A stretch of 64,000 nt of DNA, taken from the NCBI GenBank assembly GCA_015069135.1, contig SVJE01000001.1:291316-355315 (forward strand), written 5' to 3'. This document shows positions 28,656 to 41,502 of the stretch, piece after piece. A program made the position numbers and the translations under genes. The stretch's first letter is position 1, and each line of letters opens with the position of its first letter. The notes beneath the pieces are model-generated. The model was not told the origin of the DNA, ran no database searches, and saw only the letters and a list, made by a program, of their open reading frames with translations. Origin of the DNA: Oscillospiraceae bacterium (GTDB taxonomy: Bacteria; Bacillota; Clostridia; UBA1212; SIG427).

Positions 28656-29375
28656 TTATGCACTCCTTTTATTAATTATATTCTGAACTCTGGCTGCCAC
28701 CTGACAGCTGAATTCTGAACTCTTAACATTACATCTGAAACAATTATCATTTCCTGAAATAATTCTGAATACAGCTTTTCCGTTTTCTATATCAGAACAC
28801 ACCGAAATTATGTCTTCATATCTGTAAAATTTAACTCTGTTATTTTTACTACCTGTTAATGTATCAATACAAGTAGCATACACCCACATCCAGTCTTTTG
28901 CAAACACAAGTAATGTCTTTTCATAAAGGTTTGTTCTAAATAAACCATCTTTACCTTTTTTTACAGCAACAACATTATCACCATAGCAATAACCTTCAAT
29001 TACAGTTGCTCCTTCTACAAACAATCCCGTTTTTGGAATTTCAAGGTTATACAAAGCTTCAGACTGAAAATCAATAAGCTCTTTCTCTATCATTTCATCA
29101 TAAGCCGTGTCTCTCATTACTTTAATTGATTCAACAATAAGAATAACTATTGCACCATGGATTAATAACTGCGAGAATAACAAAATAAAAATCGGTATAT
29201 ACCAATAGCAGGTATTCCAAACCTGAGAGAAAACAAATAGAGCAAATAAAGAAAGTAAACCTGCAATAATAATCATAAATACAGGCCAGCCTTTTTTCTT
29301 TCCCTGAAAATATTTTTTATTACGTTTAAAATTCATAACAAAAAATGCTACTCCTTTTCTAAAAAACATAATCAA
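28656..29375 (-). CDS. Membrane protein (2 TM) with a cytoplasmic C-terminal domain, function unknown.
   Basis: 239 aa. Sits 3 bp upstream of the SPFH gene, so probably in the same operon. Confidence 0.45.
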   Translation of the reverse strand: MIMFFRKGVAFFVMNFKRNKKYFQGKKKGWPVFMIIIAGLLSLFALFVFSQVWNTCYWYIPIFILLFSQLLIHGAIVILIVESIKVMRDTAYDEMIEKELIDFQSEALYNLEIPKTGLFVEGATVIEGYCYGDNVVAVKKGKDGLFRTNLYEKTLLVFAKDWMWVYATCIDTLTGSKNNRVKFYRYEDIISVCSDIENGKAVFRIISGNDNCFRCNVKSSEFSCQVAARVQNIINKRSA

Positions 29376-29386
29376 TACAGATAAAT

Positions 29387-29827
29387 TTATTTAAACAAAT
29401 TTAACTTAACAGATTTGTTGACAAAATCAAACTTTATAATATGAAAACCAATCGTTTTTGTATCCCATCTGTCACTTTCTCCATCACAATTAGGATAGTT
29501 ATCAATCCATTGGTAAACAGGAAATTTAAGTACTATGTTATCTTTATCAACTGAGTAACATATATCAAGATACGACTTTCTACCTTCTTCAACAGTTGGT
29601 AAACTTCCATATGTAATTAATTGTTCATCAGTTGTGTAAAATTCAAAAAAACCTTCATTTTGATCTATAACAACAATAACACCCTCATTTTCAAACAAAA
29701 TAAAAGTAGATGCTTGAGGTGGAATCTGATTATTAATAGGAGTAGCTTCAGTTTTGCTGTTAAATTTAATAAATTTATCAAAAATAGATTTATCCCAGTT
29801 GTTTAAAATATTCTGCTTTTCTTTCAT
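29387..29827 (-). CDS. Hypothetical cytoplasmic protein (146 aa). First gene of the putative SPFH cluster.
   Basis: Intact ORF 12 bp upstream of the membrane-protein gene. No recognisable motif. Confidence 0.4.
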   Translation of the reverse strand: MKEKQNILNNWDKSIFDKFIKFNSKTEATPINNQIPPQASTFILFENEGVIVVIDQNEGFFEFYTTDEQLITYGSLPTVEEGRKSYLDICYSVDKDNIVLKFPVYQWIDNYPNCDGESDRWDTKTIGFHIIKFDFVNKSVKLNLFK

Positions 29828-29895
29828 AATTTACTCTTTTCATAAAATTTATTTAACCCAAGACATCTCCAGATATCTTGGGTTATAGCTAAAAA

Positions 29896-31398
29896 TTAAT
29901 CTAATGGCTTCATTGTCGGGAACAACAAAACATCTCTGATTGATGGACTGTCTGTAAACAGCATAATCATTCTATCAATACCGAATCCGATACCACCCGT
30001 TGGAGGCATACCGATTTCAAGAGCATTTACGAAATCTTCATCAATCTGAGCTTCGCCTTCACCTGCCATTTTGCTTCTGGCCTGTTCCATGAAACGTTCT
30101 CTCTGATCAATTGGATCATTAAGCTCTGAGAATGCATTACCATATTCGTGACGAGCAATAAAGAACTCAAATCTTTCAGTCATCATAGGATCATCAGTTC
30201 TCTTTTTAGCCAAAGGTGAAATCTCAATCGGATAATCAATAATAAACGTTGGCTGAACAAGCTTGTCCTCAACAAATGCATCAAAGAACTCTGCTATAAT
30301 CTTACCCTTTGTAAAATTATCTTCAATTTCAACATGATGTTCTTTAGCAAGTGTTCTTGCTTCTTCATCAGTTTTAACTTCATTGAAATCTACGCCGGAA
30401 TATTCCTTAACAGCTTCAACCATAGTCATTCTCTTCCAAGGAGCAGCTACATTAATGATTTCACCCTGATAGTTAATCTCAGTTGTACCGAGAACCTTTC
30501 TTGCAACATAGTCATAAAGATTTTCAATAAGCTCCATCATATCGTGATAGTCAGCATAGGCCTGATAAAGCTCAATGGTTGTAAATTCAGGATTATGGAA
30601 AGCATCCATACCTTCATTTCTAAAGATTCGACCTACTTCAAATACCTTTTCAAAGCCACCAACAATAAGTCTCTTTAGGTGAAGCTCTGTTTCAATTCTT
30701 AAGTACATAGGAATATCAAGAGCATTGTGGTGAGTTATAAATGGCTTTGCAGCAGAACCAGCAGCTACAGTATGAAGAACTGGTGTATCCACTTCCATAA
30801 AGCCCTTAGAATCAAGATAATCTCTGATTTCTTTTAAAATTCTGCTTCTAGCATAGAAAGTCTCTTTAACACCAGGATTTGCGATTAAATCAACATATCT
30901 CTGTCTGTAACGAAGATCAGGATCTTTAAGTCCATGTCGTTTTTCAGGTAATGGACGAAGAGATTTTGAAAGAAGAACAACAGAATCTGCTTTAACAGAA
31001 ATCTCACCGGTTCTTGTTGTAAATACAGTACCCTTTACACCTACAATATCACCAATATCATAAGTCTTAAAATCATTGTAAGCATCTTCACCGATAGCAT
31101 CAATACGAACATAAATCTGAATCTGACCTTGTCCGTCTAAAACATGAGCAAAACTTGCTTTACCCATAATTCTCTTAAACATAATACGTCCGGCAATACT
31201 TACTTCCTGATTCTCGTACTTTTCATAGTTATTAAGAATATCAACAGAATCATGTGTCTTATCGTAATTTGTAATTAGATAAGGATTCTTACCTGCATCT
31301 TTTAAAGCTGTAAGCTTATTTCTTCTTATCTGCAATAATTCATTTAAATCAAGCTCAGGTTCCTGAACTTCAGCATTATTTCTTACTTCTTCGCTCAA
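29896..31398 (-). CDS. lysS: Lysine--tRNA ligase (class II).
   Basis: OB-fold N-domain. Class II motifs FRNEG and [12 protein letters not shown]. 500 aa. Confidence 0.9.
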   Translation of the reverse strand: MSEEVRNNAEVQEPELDLNELLQIRRNKLTALKDAGKNPYLITNYDKTHDSVDILNNYEKYENQEVSIAGRIMFKRIMGKASFAHVLDGQGQIQIYVRIDAIGEDAYNDFKTYDIGDIVGVKGTVFTTRTGEISVKADSVVLLSKSLRPLPEKRHGLKDPDLRYRQRYVDLIANPGVKETFYARSRILKEIRDYLDSKGFMEVDTPVLHTVAAGSAAKPFITHHNALDIPMYLRIETELHLKRLIVGGFEKVFEVGRIFRNEGMDAFHNPEFTTIELYQAYADYHDMMELIENLYDYVARKVLGTTEINYQGEIINVAAPWKRMTMVEAVKEYSGVDFNEVKTDEEARTLAKEHHVEIEDNFTKGKIIAEFFDAFVEDKLVQPTFIIDYPIEISPLAKKRTDDPMMTERFEFFIARHEYGNAFSELNDPIDQRERFMEQARSKMAGEGEAQIDEDFVNALEIGMPPTGGIGFGIDRMIMLFTDSPSIRDVLLFPTMKPLD

Positions 31399-31432
31399 AA
31401 CTCTTACCTCTTTCTTTATAAAATCACCAAAA

Positions 31433-31915
31433 TCAGTTAGGTAATTTTATCTCCTTAATTTCATATGGACAAGCGCCCGCAGGAGTCTGTACATCAACAA
31501 CATCTCCTACTTTATGTCCGATAATAGCTGCACCTACAGGAGATTCATTTGAAATCATATTCTTCATAGGATTAGCTTCTGTTGAACCAACAATATGGTA
31601 CTCAACATCTTCATCAAATTCTACGTCATGTAATACTACAACAACGCCTAAAGAAACAACATCTGTTTTAAGATCCTTTTCGTCGATGATTACTACATTC
31701 TTTAATTTCTGTTTAAGAAGCTCAATTTTCATAGCATTTTCTGCCTGATCACGTTTAGCTTCATCATATTCAGAATTTTCAGATAAATCACCATGACTTC
31801 TTGCTTCTTCTAATCTTCTGGCAATCTCAATAGATTTTTCACCATTAAGATATTCAAGTTCCTTCTGAAGTTTTAAAAGTCCGGCTTCGGTCAAAAATGT
31901 CTCTTTTTCAGACAT
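31433..31915 (-). CDS. greA: Transcription elongation factor GreA.
   Basis: [22 protein letters not shown]...[10 protein letters not shown] coiled-coil plus FKBP-like C-domain. Start set at ATG 31915 (159 aa). The ORF-track start at 32053 would run into the guaB 3' end. Confidence 0.85.
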   Translation of the reverse strand: MSEKETFLTEAGLLKLQKELEYLNGEKSIEIARRLEEARSHGDLSENSEYDEAKRDQAENAMKIELLKQKLKNVVIIDEKDLKTDVVSLGVVVVLHDVEFDEDVEYHIVGSTEANPMKNMISNESPVGAAIIGHKVGDVVDVQTPAGACPYEIKEIKLPN

Positions 31916-31928
31916 GTCTACACATCCT

Positions 31929-33440
31929 TTATTTAATATTATAGTTACTATCCTTAAGCAATACGTCGTGTGCGCCGCCTTCAATAATACTTGTTGAAGA
32001 TACAATTGTAAGACGAGCTTTCTCATGGAACTCTGGAATAGAAAGTACACCACAGTTGCTCATAGTTGAACGAATTTTAGCAAGAGTAATATCCATATTG
32101 TCACGTAAGGAACCTGCATAAGGTACATAAGAGTCAACACCCTCTTCAAACTTCATACCTGTACCCTTACCACCAAGATCATATCTCTGCCAGTTTCTTG
32201 CTCTGCTGGAACCTTCGCCCCAGTATTCTTTCATATAGCTGCCATTGATTACAACTTTATTTGTCGGGCTCTCATCAAAGCGGGCAAAATATCTGCCAAG
32301 CATAATAAAGTCTGCACCCATAGCTAAAGCTAAAGTCATATGATGGTCATGGACGATACCACCATCAGAACACAATGGAATATATATGCCGTTTTTCTTG
32401 AAATATTCATCTCTGGCAGCAGCAACTTCAATAACAGAACTTGCCTGGCCACGGCCAATACCTTTCTGCTCTCTTGTAATACAGATAGAACCGCCACCAA
32501 TACCAATTTTAATAAAATCTGCACCGGCATCAGCAAGATACTTAAATGACTCAGCATCTACCACATTACCTGCACCAACTTTAACTTTACCATTGTATTC
32601 ATTATGAATAAATTCAAGAGTTTCTTTCTGCCATTCAGAATATCCTTCAGATGAATCAATACATAGAACATCAACACCTGCTTTAACAAGTTCAGGAACA
32701 CGCTCTTTATAGTCTCTTGTGTTGATACCGGCACCAACCATATATCTCTTCTCAGAATCAAGAAGTTCATATGGATGCTCTTTATGCTGTTCATAGTCTT
32801 TACGGAATACAAAATATTTAAGAGCACCGGTCTTAGAATCAATTATAGGTAAACTGTTAAGCTTATTGTCCCAGATAATATCATTAGCCTCTTTAAGTGT
32901 TGTTGACTCAGTTCCGTAAATAAGTTTTTCAAAAGGAGTCATAAACTCACTGATTTTTGTATCAACAGACATTCTACTAATTCTGTAATCTCTACTGGTA
33001 ACAAGACCTAAAAGTTTACCATCTGATTTACCATTATCAGTAATTGCAACTGTTGAATGACCTTTAGCCGACTTTAAATCAATAATATCAGCTAAAGTAT
33101 TGTCAGGTGTAAGGTTTGAATCACTTACAACAAAACCTGATTTATATTTCTTTACCTTAGAAACCATTTCTGCCTGTGCATCAATTGGCTGAGATACAAA
33201 AATAAATGAAAGACCACCATTTTTTGCTAAAGCAATAGCCATTCCATCATCTGAAACAGCCTGCATAATAGCAGATACCATAGGTGAATTAAGGTAAATA
33301 GATGATTCCTCACCCTTTTTAAATCTTACCAAAGGAGTACGTAAAGATACATTCTCGGGAATGCAATCCTTTGTTGTTAAACCCGGTAAAAGTAAATATT
33401 CATTAAAAGTACGTGAAGGTTCACTGTAAATAAAGGCCAT
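31929..33440 (-). CDS. guaB: IMP dehydrogenase, with a CBS pair.
   Basis: N-terminal [10 protein letters not shown]...[25 protein letters not shown]. Catalytic loop [12 protein letters not shown] (active-site Cys). Confidence 0.7.
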   Translation of the reverse strand: MAFIYSEPSRTFNEYLLLPGLTTKDCIPENVSLRTPLVRFKKGEESSIYLNSPMVSAIMQAVSDDGMAIALAKNGGLSFIFVSQPIDAQAEMVSKVKKYKSGFVVSDSNLTPDNTLADIIDLKSAKGHSTVAITDNGKSDGKLLGLVTSRDYRISRMSVDTKISEFMTPFEKLIYGTESTTLKEANDIIWDNKLNSLPIIDSKTGALKYFVFRKDYEQHKEHPYELLDSEKRYMVGAGINTRDYKERVPELVKAGVDVLCIDSSEGYSEWQKETLEFIHNEYNGKVKVGAGNVVDAESFKYLADAGADFIKIGIGGGSICITREQKGIGRGQASSVIEVAAARDEYFKKNGIYIPLCSDGGIVHDHHMTLALAMGADFIMLGRYFARFDESPTNKVVINGSYMKEYWGEGSSRARNWQRYDLGGKGTGMKFEEGVDSYVPYAGSLRDNMDITLAKIRSTMSNCGVLSIPEFHEKARLTIVSSTSIIEGGAHDVLLKDSNYNIK

Positions 33441-33466
33441 GAAAATATCCTCCTATTTCTTGCTAA

Positions 33467-34009
33467 TTATCTTCTTGCTGCCTTTTCAATCATTGGGCTG
33501 TAACGCTTTAATGCATTAAGGATTCTATCATCCGGATCAAAAACATACATTTCCTCTCCAGTGTTATTAACATCACATGTAAAATAATATGAAGTTTCCT
33601 GTTCGTCACTTACACCAGCAAAATAACACTTTTTACAAGCTTTACGCTTTTCTTCTGCACCGGTATCAGCAACTCTGCCAAATTCAATAATGTCATCAAC
33701 AGGTACACGAACAACAGGAACCCTTACTGCCTGATTTTCTATCTTAGTTATTTCAAAAATACCTGAAGAAAATACATACTCATGTTCAACTTTTATAAAT
33801 TTAACTGTAATATATCTTACAATCAGTGCAACCGGAATAACAAGGAATACACCAACGAAAATACCAATAAAACCGGCAAGTTTATAAACAACAAGAATAA
33901 ATGCTATCCAAATAGCAAATACACCTAAGATATATAATCTGGCAAGAAAATCTTTTTGTTTTCTAACTATTAAACTTACACCAACACCTGCTCTGTTTCC
34001 TTCTGACAT
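33467..34009 (-). CDS. Small membrane protein, function unknown.
   Basis: Start chosen at ATG 34009 (MSEGNRAG), 7 nt after AGGAGG. Two TM helices, then a soluble tail. Confidence 0.45.
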   Translation of the reverse strand: MSEGNRAGVGVSLIVRKQKDFLARLYILGVFAIWIAFILVVYKLAGFIGIFVGVFLVIPVALIVRYITVKFIKVEHEYVFSSGIFEITKIENQAVRVPVVRVPVDDIIEFGRVADTGAEEKRKACKKCYFAGVSDEQETSYYFTCDVNNTGEEMYVFDPDDRILNALKRYSPMIEKAARR

Positions 34010-34084
34010 ACTGAAACCTCCTAATAATGAAAATACATTGTATGAATTATACACAAAAAAACATTTATCTTCAAGAGTAAATTA

Positions 34085-34127
34085 AGCCGTTTTACACATT
34101 TCTGCATAAAACGGCTCTAATTTTTTT
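34085..34127. terminator. Hairpin terminator downstream of groEL.
   Basis: Stem AGCCGTTTTA / TAAAACGGCT, flanked by CTAATTTTTTTAATT on one side and AT-rich sequence on the other. Confidence 0.5.
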
Positions 34128-34149
34128 AATTGTAACAATTTATATACAA

Positions 34150-36111
<1,962 letters not shown>

Positions 36112-36119
36112 TTATACAA

Positions 36120-36146
36120 TTAGCACTCAAAACGCTTGAGTGCTAA
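36120..36146. promoter_or_regulatory. CIRCE operator (HrcA binding site) upstream of groES.
   Basis: Perfect TTAGCACTC-N9-GAGTGCTAA. A candidate promoter on the minus strand (TTGCAT-N17-TATATT) lies immediately upstream. Confidence 0.85.
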
Positions 36147-36197
36147 TTCGTTCTTATATAATATACTCCACTTTACCAAAAAATGCAAATAAAATTA

Positions 36198-36887
36198 TTA
36201 ATTATTTTCCTGTTCTGACTTTTCTTTTTCAGCTTTTTCCTGGGCTCTCCATTTAGGAAGTTTCTGTGACTTCATGCCTTGTCTATCAATAAGTTCGTCA
36301 AACACATCTTCCCATTCAACACCAACATCAGCCATAAGTACCATAAGGTGATACAAAAAGTCAGAAATCTCACCAGCTAAAGCTTTTGGTTCACCATTTT
36401 TAGCAGCAATAATAATTTCTGCACTTTCTTCACCAACCTTTTTACAAATCTTATCTATACCTTTTTCAAATAGATAATTTGTATATGAATCTTCAACAGG
36501 ATGAATCTTCCTGTCATAAATAACATCCAGATCATGATTAAGAATCATAGCTTTTTGAATCTCCAAAGGTTCGGGTCTGTAGAAACAAGTACGATTTCCT
36601 GTATGGCAAGCTGCTCCTGTCTGTTCAACCAAAGCAAGTAATGTATCTCCATCACAATCATATGACAAAGAAATCAGCTTTTGTACATGACCGCTTTCCT
36701 CGCCCTTTTTCCACAATTTCTGTCTGCTACGGCTGTAATATGTGCAATAACCTGTCTCAATAGTAAGCTTTAAAGACTCTTCATTCATCCAGGCCATCAT
36801 AAGAACTTCTCTGGTTAAATAATCCTGAGCTATGCAAGGAACAAGACCATCACTATTAAATTTAATATTTTTAAGATACTCCATCAA
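36198..36887 (-). CDS. hisI: Bifunctional phosphoribosyl-AMP cyclohydrolase / phosphoribosyl-ATP pyrophosphatase.
   Basis: HisI portion with CDGD and [15 protein letters not shown]. HisE-like C-terminal half ([11 protein letters not shown]). Confidence 0.85.
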   Translation of the reverse strand: MMEYLKNIKFNSDGLVPCIAQDYLTREVLMMAWMNEESLKLTIETGYCTYYSRSRQKLWKKGEESGHVQKLISLSYDCDGDTLLALVEQTGAACHTGNRTCFYRPEPLEIQKAMILNHDLDVIYDRKIHPVEDSYTNYLFEKGIDKICKKVGEESAEIIIAAKNGEPKALAGEISDFLYHLMVLMADVGVEWEDVFDELIDRQGMKSQKLPKWRAQEKAEKEKSEQENN

Positions 36888-37472
36888 TTACATAACCCCC
36901 TTAGTAGAAAGCACACCACTTATCTTTTCATCAACAGAAATTGCCTCTTTAAGTGCATGGGCAAAAGCTTTAAATATACCTTCAATTATATGATGACAAT
37001 TAGAACCATATACTAAATTAACATGAAGTGTCATTCCTGCATTAAAAGCAACAGCCCTGAAAAGCTCCTCAGTCATTTCAGTATCGTAATCACCTAAACG
37101 CACTTTTGGCATATCAACATTGAAAACAATGTACGGTCTTCCGCCAAAGTCAAGATTCACCTGAACAAGCGCCTCATCCATAGGAAGTGTAAAGCTACCA
37201 TAACGCTTTATACCTTTCTTATCACCGGCTGCGTTCTTAAGCAAATTGCCTAAAACAATACCAACATCCTCAACAGTGTGGTGACAATCCACATAAGTAT
37301 CACCTTTAGCTTCTAAAGAAAGACAAGTTCCTGAGTGAGCTTCAAGTAATGTAAGCATGTGATTCAGAAAACCAACACCTGTAGAAATATTACCTTTAGC
37401 GACTTTATCAAGATTCCATTTAGCTGTAATCTGAGTTTCATTTGTATTTCTAGTAATTTCAGCTTCTCTCAT
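36888..37472 (-). CDS. hisB: Imidazoleglycerol-phosphate dehydratase.
   Basis: IGPD motifs (HHTVEDVGIV..., HHIIEGIFKAFAHAL). 194 aa. Confidence 0.85.
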   Translation of the reverse strand: MREAEITRNTNETQITAKWNLDKVAKGNISTGVGFLNHMLTLLEAHSGTCLSLEAKGDTYVDCHHTVEDVGIVLGNLLKNAAGDKKGIKRYGSFTLPMDEALVQVNLDFGGRPYIVFNVDMPKVRLGDYDTEMTEELFRAVAFNAGMTLHVNLVYGSNCHHIIEGIFKAFAHALKEAISVDEKISGVLSTKGVM

Positions 37473-38529
37473 TTACATATTCCTCCAACACAGACAAAAA
37501 ACAATCCATTTCTTCGTCAGTACCGATTGTAACTCTCAGTCTGTTATCTATTTTTTCTTTATTAAAATATCTTACCAAAATTCCTTTACTTCGTAAATAC
37601 GGGAAAAGATCCTGTGCCTTAAAAGTTTTATGCTCAATAAACACAAAGTTTGCTTTAGACTCCGGTACATCAAAACCTAAATATTTAAGTTTAGCACTTA
37701 CTCTATCACGGGTAGCTGAAATTTTACGGGTTATTTCAGTAAAATACTCTGTGTCATACAAAGCAGCTTCAGCTCCGGCCATAGCAAGTTTATCCATTGT
37801 ATATGAATTAAAAGAATTTTTAACTCTGTCAAGTCCCTCAATTAATTCAGTACTACCCGCAGCAAAACCAACGCGAAGCCCTGCTAATCCTCTTGATTTT
37901 GACAAAGTCTGAGTTACCAGAAGATTAGGATACTTATTAATTAGTTTAACTGCACTTTCAGCTCCAAAATCAACATAAGCTTCATCAACAATTACTACAT
38001 CGTCAATATGTGACTGTAAAATTCTCTCAATATCAGAAAGTGAAATTGCAAGAGATGTGGGAGCATTAGGGTTTGCTATACAAACACCGCCTTCACAGTG
38101 ACAGAAATCTTCCACATCAATAGACAAATCGTCTTTAAGTGGTAAAATGTTATATGTAACATCAAACATTTTACAGTACACAGGGTAAAAGCTATATGTA
38201 ATATCAGCAAAATTTATCTTTTTGTCTTTATCAAAGAAGGCTGCAAAAGCAAAACCCAAAACCTCATCAGAACCATTGCCAACAAAAACATTTTCTATTG
38301 AAATTCCGTTTATCTTTGCAAAAGCTTCTCTTACTTTAGTTCCGTTTGGATCAGGGTAAAGTCTTAGTGCATCATCAGAAGCATTTTTAATAGCTTCAAT
38401 AACCTTTGGTGATGGTCCATAAGGATTTTCATTTGTATTAATTTTTATAAGTCTCTCTATACCCTTCGGCTGTTCACCAGGTACATAAGGGTCAATATTA
38501 AGAGTTTTACTATTCCAGAATTTACTCAT
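37459..38529 (-). CDS. hisC: Histidinol-phosphate aminotransferase.
   Basis: Class II aminotransferase with TLSKSRGLAGLRVGFA (PLP Lys) and the NENPYGPSP N-terminal motif. Confidence 0.85.
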   Translation of the reverse strand: MSKFWNSKTLNIDPYVPGEQPKGIERLIKINTNENPYGPSPKVIEAIKNASDDALRLYPDPNGTKVREAFAKINGISIENVFVGNGSDEVLGFAFAAFFDKDKKINFADITYSFYPVYCKMFDVTYNILPLKDDLSIDVEDFCHCEGGVCIANPNAPTSLAISLSDIERILQSHIDDVVIVDEAYVDFGAESAVKLINKYPNLLVTQTLSKSRGLAGLRVGFAAGSTELIEGLDRVKNSFNSYTMDKLAMAGAEAALYDTEYFTEITRKISATRDRVSAKLKYLGFDVPESKANFVFIEHKTFKAQDLFPYLRSKGILVRYFNKEKIDNRLRVTIGTDEEMDCFLSVLEEYVNERS

Positions 38530-39815
38530 TTTAATCTTATCCTTATTGAATTTTCATGTGCAGTAAGTTTTTCTGAAGCAGCAAAGTCAGCTGCATCCAG
38601 AGCATCTCTCATAAAAGCATCTTTGTTATAGTTTATAACACTGGTACGCTTTAGAAAATCCCATACACCTAAAGGTGATGAAAACTTAGCACTTCCTCCT
38701 GTTGGTAAAATATGATTTGTACCACAGTAATAATCGCCCATTGGTTCAGGACTATAATTTCCCAAAAATACTGCACCGGCATTTTTAACTTCATTAAGTA
38801 ACTCTTCAGGATTTTCAACACACAGTTCTAAATGTTCAGCTGCAATAAAATTACAAATTTCCATAGCCTGAGACATGTCTTTAACCAAAATAATAGCGCC
38901 ATAGTCTTCAAGTGATTTTTCAGCTATTTCTTTACGGGAAAGTTCGTCAAGCTGAATTTCAAGCTGTTTTTGAGTCTCTTCAGCTAATTTCTTACTTGTT
39001 GTTATAAGCACAGAAGCAGCCATAGGATCATGCTCAGCCTGTGATAACATATCTGCTGCAACATACGCAGGATTAGCGGTGTCATCAGCCACAATAAGAA
39101 TCTCGCTAGGACCTGCAATCATATCTATACCACATTTTCCAAATACACATCTTTTTGCTGTAGCTACAAAAGCATTTCCCGGACCTGTAATTTTATCAAC
39201 CTGTGGAACAGATTCAGTACCATAAGCCATGGCTGCAACAGCCTGAGCACCACCAATCTTAAATATACGATCAACACCTGCGATATAAGCTGCCTGCATA
39301 ATAACTTCCGGAATGTTTCCATTTTTATCAGGAGGTGTACACATAATTATTTCTTTTACACCGGCCACTTTTGCAGGAATAACATTCATAAGAACCGAAG
39401 ACGGAAGACTGGCACTACCTCCGGGCACATAGACACCAACTCTTTCCATAGGTGTAATTTTCACCCCTAATTTAAGACCTTCTCTTTCCATCTGCCATGA
39501 TTGTTCTATTTCCTTTTCATGGAATTCTTTTATATTAGTTGCTGCCCTTCTTATAACACCATCAAGTTCACCAATGTCCACAGGCTTACACTCTGTTTCA
39601 ATACCAACTACAGAAAGATCAACACCATCAAATTTCTGTGTTAATCTTAAAAGAGCTTCGTCACTATTTTGGCGAACGTCATCTATAATACCTTCGACAA
39701 TAGAGGTAACATCTCGCTTACTTCCGGCTCTTCTTTCTTCAAATTCTTTATAAAAGCTTTCATCTGGCTGATTATATATTTTCATTTTCCTTAAGTTGCT
39801 CCTTAATATTTTCAA
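38526..39815 (-). CDS. hisD: Histidinol dehydrogenase.
   Basis: [15 protein letters not shown] and QAEHDP motifs. 429 aa. Confidence 0.9.
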   Translation of the reverse strand: MKILRSNLRKMKIYNQPDESFYKEFEERRAGSKRDVTSIVEGIIDDVRQNSDEALLRLTQKFDGVDLSVVGIETECKPVDIGELDGVIRRAATNIKEFHEKEIEQSWQMEREGLKLGVKITPMERVGVYVPGGSASLPSSVLMNVIPAKVAGVKEIIMCTPPDKNGNIPEVIMQAAYIAGVDRIFKIGGAQAVAAMAYGTESVPQVDKITGPGNAFVATAKRCVFGKCGIDMIAGPSEILIVADDTANPAYVAADMLSQAEHDPMAASVLITTSKKLAEETQKQLEIQLDELSRKEIAEKSLEDYGAIILVKDMSQAMEICNFIAAEHLELCVENPEELLNEVKNAGAVFLGNYSPEPMGDYYCGTNHILPTGGSAKFSSPLGVWDFLKRTSVINYNKDAFMRDALDAADFAASEKLTAHENSIRIRLK

Positions 39816-41430
39816 TAATTGCTTTGATTCTTTCTCTTTTAATCTTCATACTTACACGGTTAACTATCATTCTTGCGCTTGCCTCAAAAATTGTTTCAAG
39901 CACATCTAGTCCATTTTCTTTAAGTGTTCTTCCACTTTCTACAATATCAACGATTACATGAGAAAGACCTACTAATGGAGCAAGCTCAATAGAACCGTTT
40001 AATTTAATAATTTCAACAGATTCATGTTTTGTATGTTCAAAATATGTTCTTGCAACATGAGGATATTTTGTAGCAACTGTCTTATTTGGAATTGTATCTA
40101 ACTTTCCAATTAAATCCTTAGGTCCGGCTACACACATTCTGCATTTACCATAACCTAAATCCAGAACTTCATAAAGATTTCTATCTTCCTCTAATATTGT
40201 ATCTCTTCCTACAACACCAATATCAGCTGCACCATAGTCCACATAAGTAGGAACATCTGCAGGTTTAACCAGGAAGAATCGAACCTTACTCTTTTCATCG
40301 GTAATAATAAGTTTTCTTGTGCCTGATTCTAATTCAGAAGAGTCAACCCCTGCATTTTTAAACAAATCAAGAGCTAATTCACCAAGACGACCTTTAGGTA
40401 AAGCAACCGTAAGGTAACCATCATCATCACCTTTTGTACTTTGATTTTCCAAAGCCTGCATAAGAAGATTAATTCCGATACTAAAGCCTGTAGCCGGTGC
40501 AGATACACCATAGTTCTCTGTTAAAGTATCATATCTTCCACCGCTGATAACAGGGAAACCGACACCATTTGTAAAACCTTTAAATATAATTCCTGTATAG
40601 TAACTCAGACTGCTGACCATACCAAGATCTATGGAAACATATTTTCCGAGACCTTGTTCTTCAATAATATTCATAACTTTTCTCAAGTAAGCAATCGCTT
40701 CTTTTGAAGTTGAGTTGTTGGTACATTTTTCTGCCACATCAAGAATCTCAACTCCGCCAAACATATTAGGAAGACTTACAATAAGATTTTTAAGCTCTTC
40801 ATTTATATTTTTATCTTTTAAGAACTTTTCAAGGTTACCAATCTGTTTTCCGTCAACCATTTTACGGATTTCTTCGCCTTCCACATTAGAAAAACCGGCT
40901 TCTTCGATTATTCCCTTAAAGAACTGAACCTGACATATATCAATTAAAAAATCAGTTAAACCAAGTCCCTTAGCAAGCATTATTGCCCGGGAAATAATTT
41001 CAGCATCCACATAAACACCCTGGCCACCAATAATTTCACCACCGGCCTGAGTATATTCTTTCATTTTACCGCCGCCACCGACAGAAGGATTAAATGTATT
41101 TCCTATGTAAAATAATCGAACTTCACTATCATCGCTTTTAAGTTTAGTAGCATAAGTACGGACAGCAGGAATAGTAAGATCAGGACGAAGAACCAACATT
41201 TTACCGTCATTTCCCTCAAATTTAAACATATTCTCCTGTGAAATTTTCCCTACACCTGTTGAAAATGTATCATAATACTCTATAGATGGAGTTTCTATTT
41301 CACGATAACCGTTACTTTTAAAATGTTCACGGATTTTTTGCTCCATAACACGCTTCTTTTCACACTGTTCAAATAATATATCCTGAACCCCGTCAGGTGT
41401 ATAAACTTTAGGAAACATAATTAACCTCAC
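39772..41430 (-). CDS. hisZG: Single-ORF fusion of HisZ (HisRS-like regulatory subunit, ~335 aa) to a short-form ATP phosphoribosyltransferase HisG (~215 aa).
   Basis: The N-terminal class-II aaRS-like core ([22 protein letters not shown]) has no anticodon-binding domain. It runs directly into [22 protein letters not shown]...[16 protein letters not shown] (HisG) with no stop between them. Confidence 0.75.
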   Translation of the reverse strand: MRLIMFPKVYTPDGVQDILFEQCEKKRVMEQKIREHFKSNGYREIETPSIEYYDTFSTGVGKISQENMFKFEGNDGKMLVLRPDLTIPAVRTYATKLKSDDSEVRLFYIGNTFNPSVGGGGKMKEYTQAGGEIIGGQGVYVDAEIISRAIMLAKGLGLTDFLIDICQVQFFKGIIEEAGFSNVEGEEIRKMVDGKQIGNLEKFLKDKNINEELKNLIVSLPNMFGGVEILDVAEKCTNNSTSKEAIAYLRKVMNIIEEQGLGKYVSIDLGMVSSLSYYTGIIFKGFTNGVGFPVISGGRYDTLTENYGVSAPATGFSIGINLLMQALENQSTKGDDDGYLTVALPKGRLGELALDLFKNAGVDSSELESGTRKLIITDEKSKVRFFLVKPADVPTYVDYGAADIGVVGRDTILEEDRNLYEVLDLGYGKCRMCVAGPKDLIGKLDTIPNKTVATKYPHVARTYFEHTKHESVEIIKLNGSIELAPLVGLSHVIVDIVESGRTLKENGLDVLETIFEASARMIVNRVSMKIKRERIKAIIENIKEQLKENENI

Positions 41431-41473
41431 AAAAATTATTACTTTAGCAAATTAAATTACTAAAGTGTTGTAT

Positions 41474-41502
41474 ATTATAATCATCTTTTTTAAATATGTC
41501 AA
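41474..41502 (-). promoter_or_regulatory. Consensus sigma-A promoter for the his operon: TTGACA-N17-TATAAT.
   Basis: On the minus strand, TTGACA is at 41502..41497 and TATAAT at 41479..41474. The -35 overlaps the pcrA stop codon. A 9-bp inverted repeat (AAAGTGTTG...CAACACTTT) spans the promoter. Confidence 0.6.
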
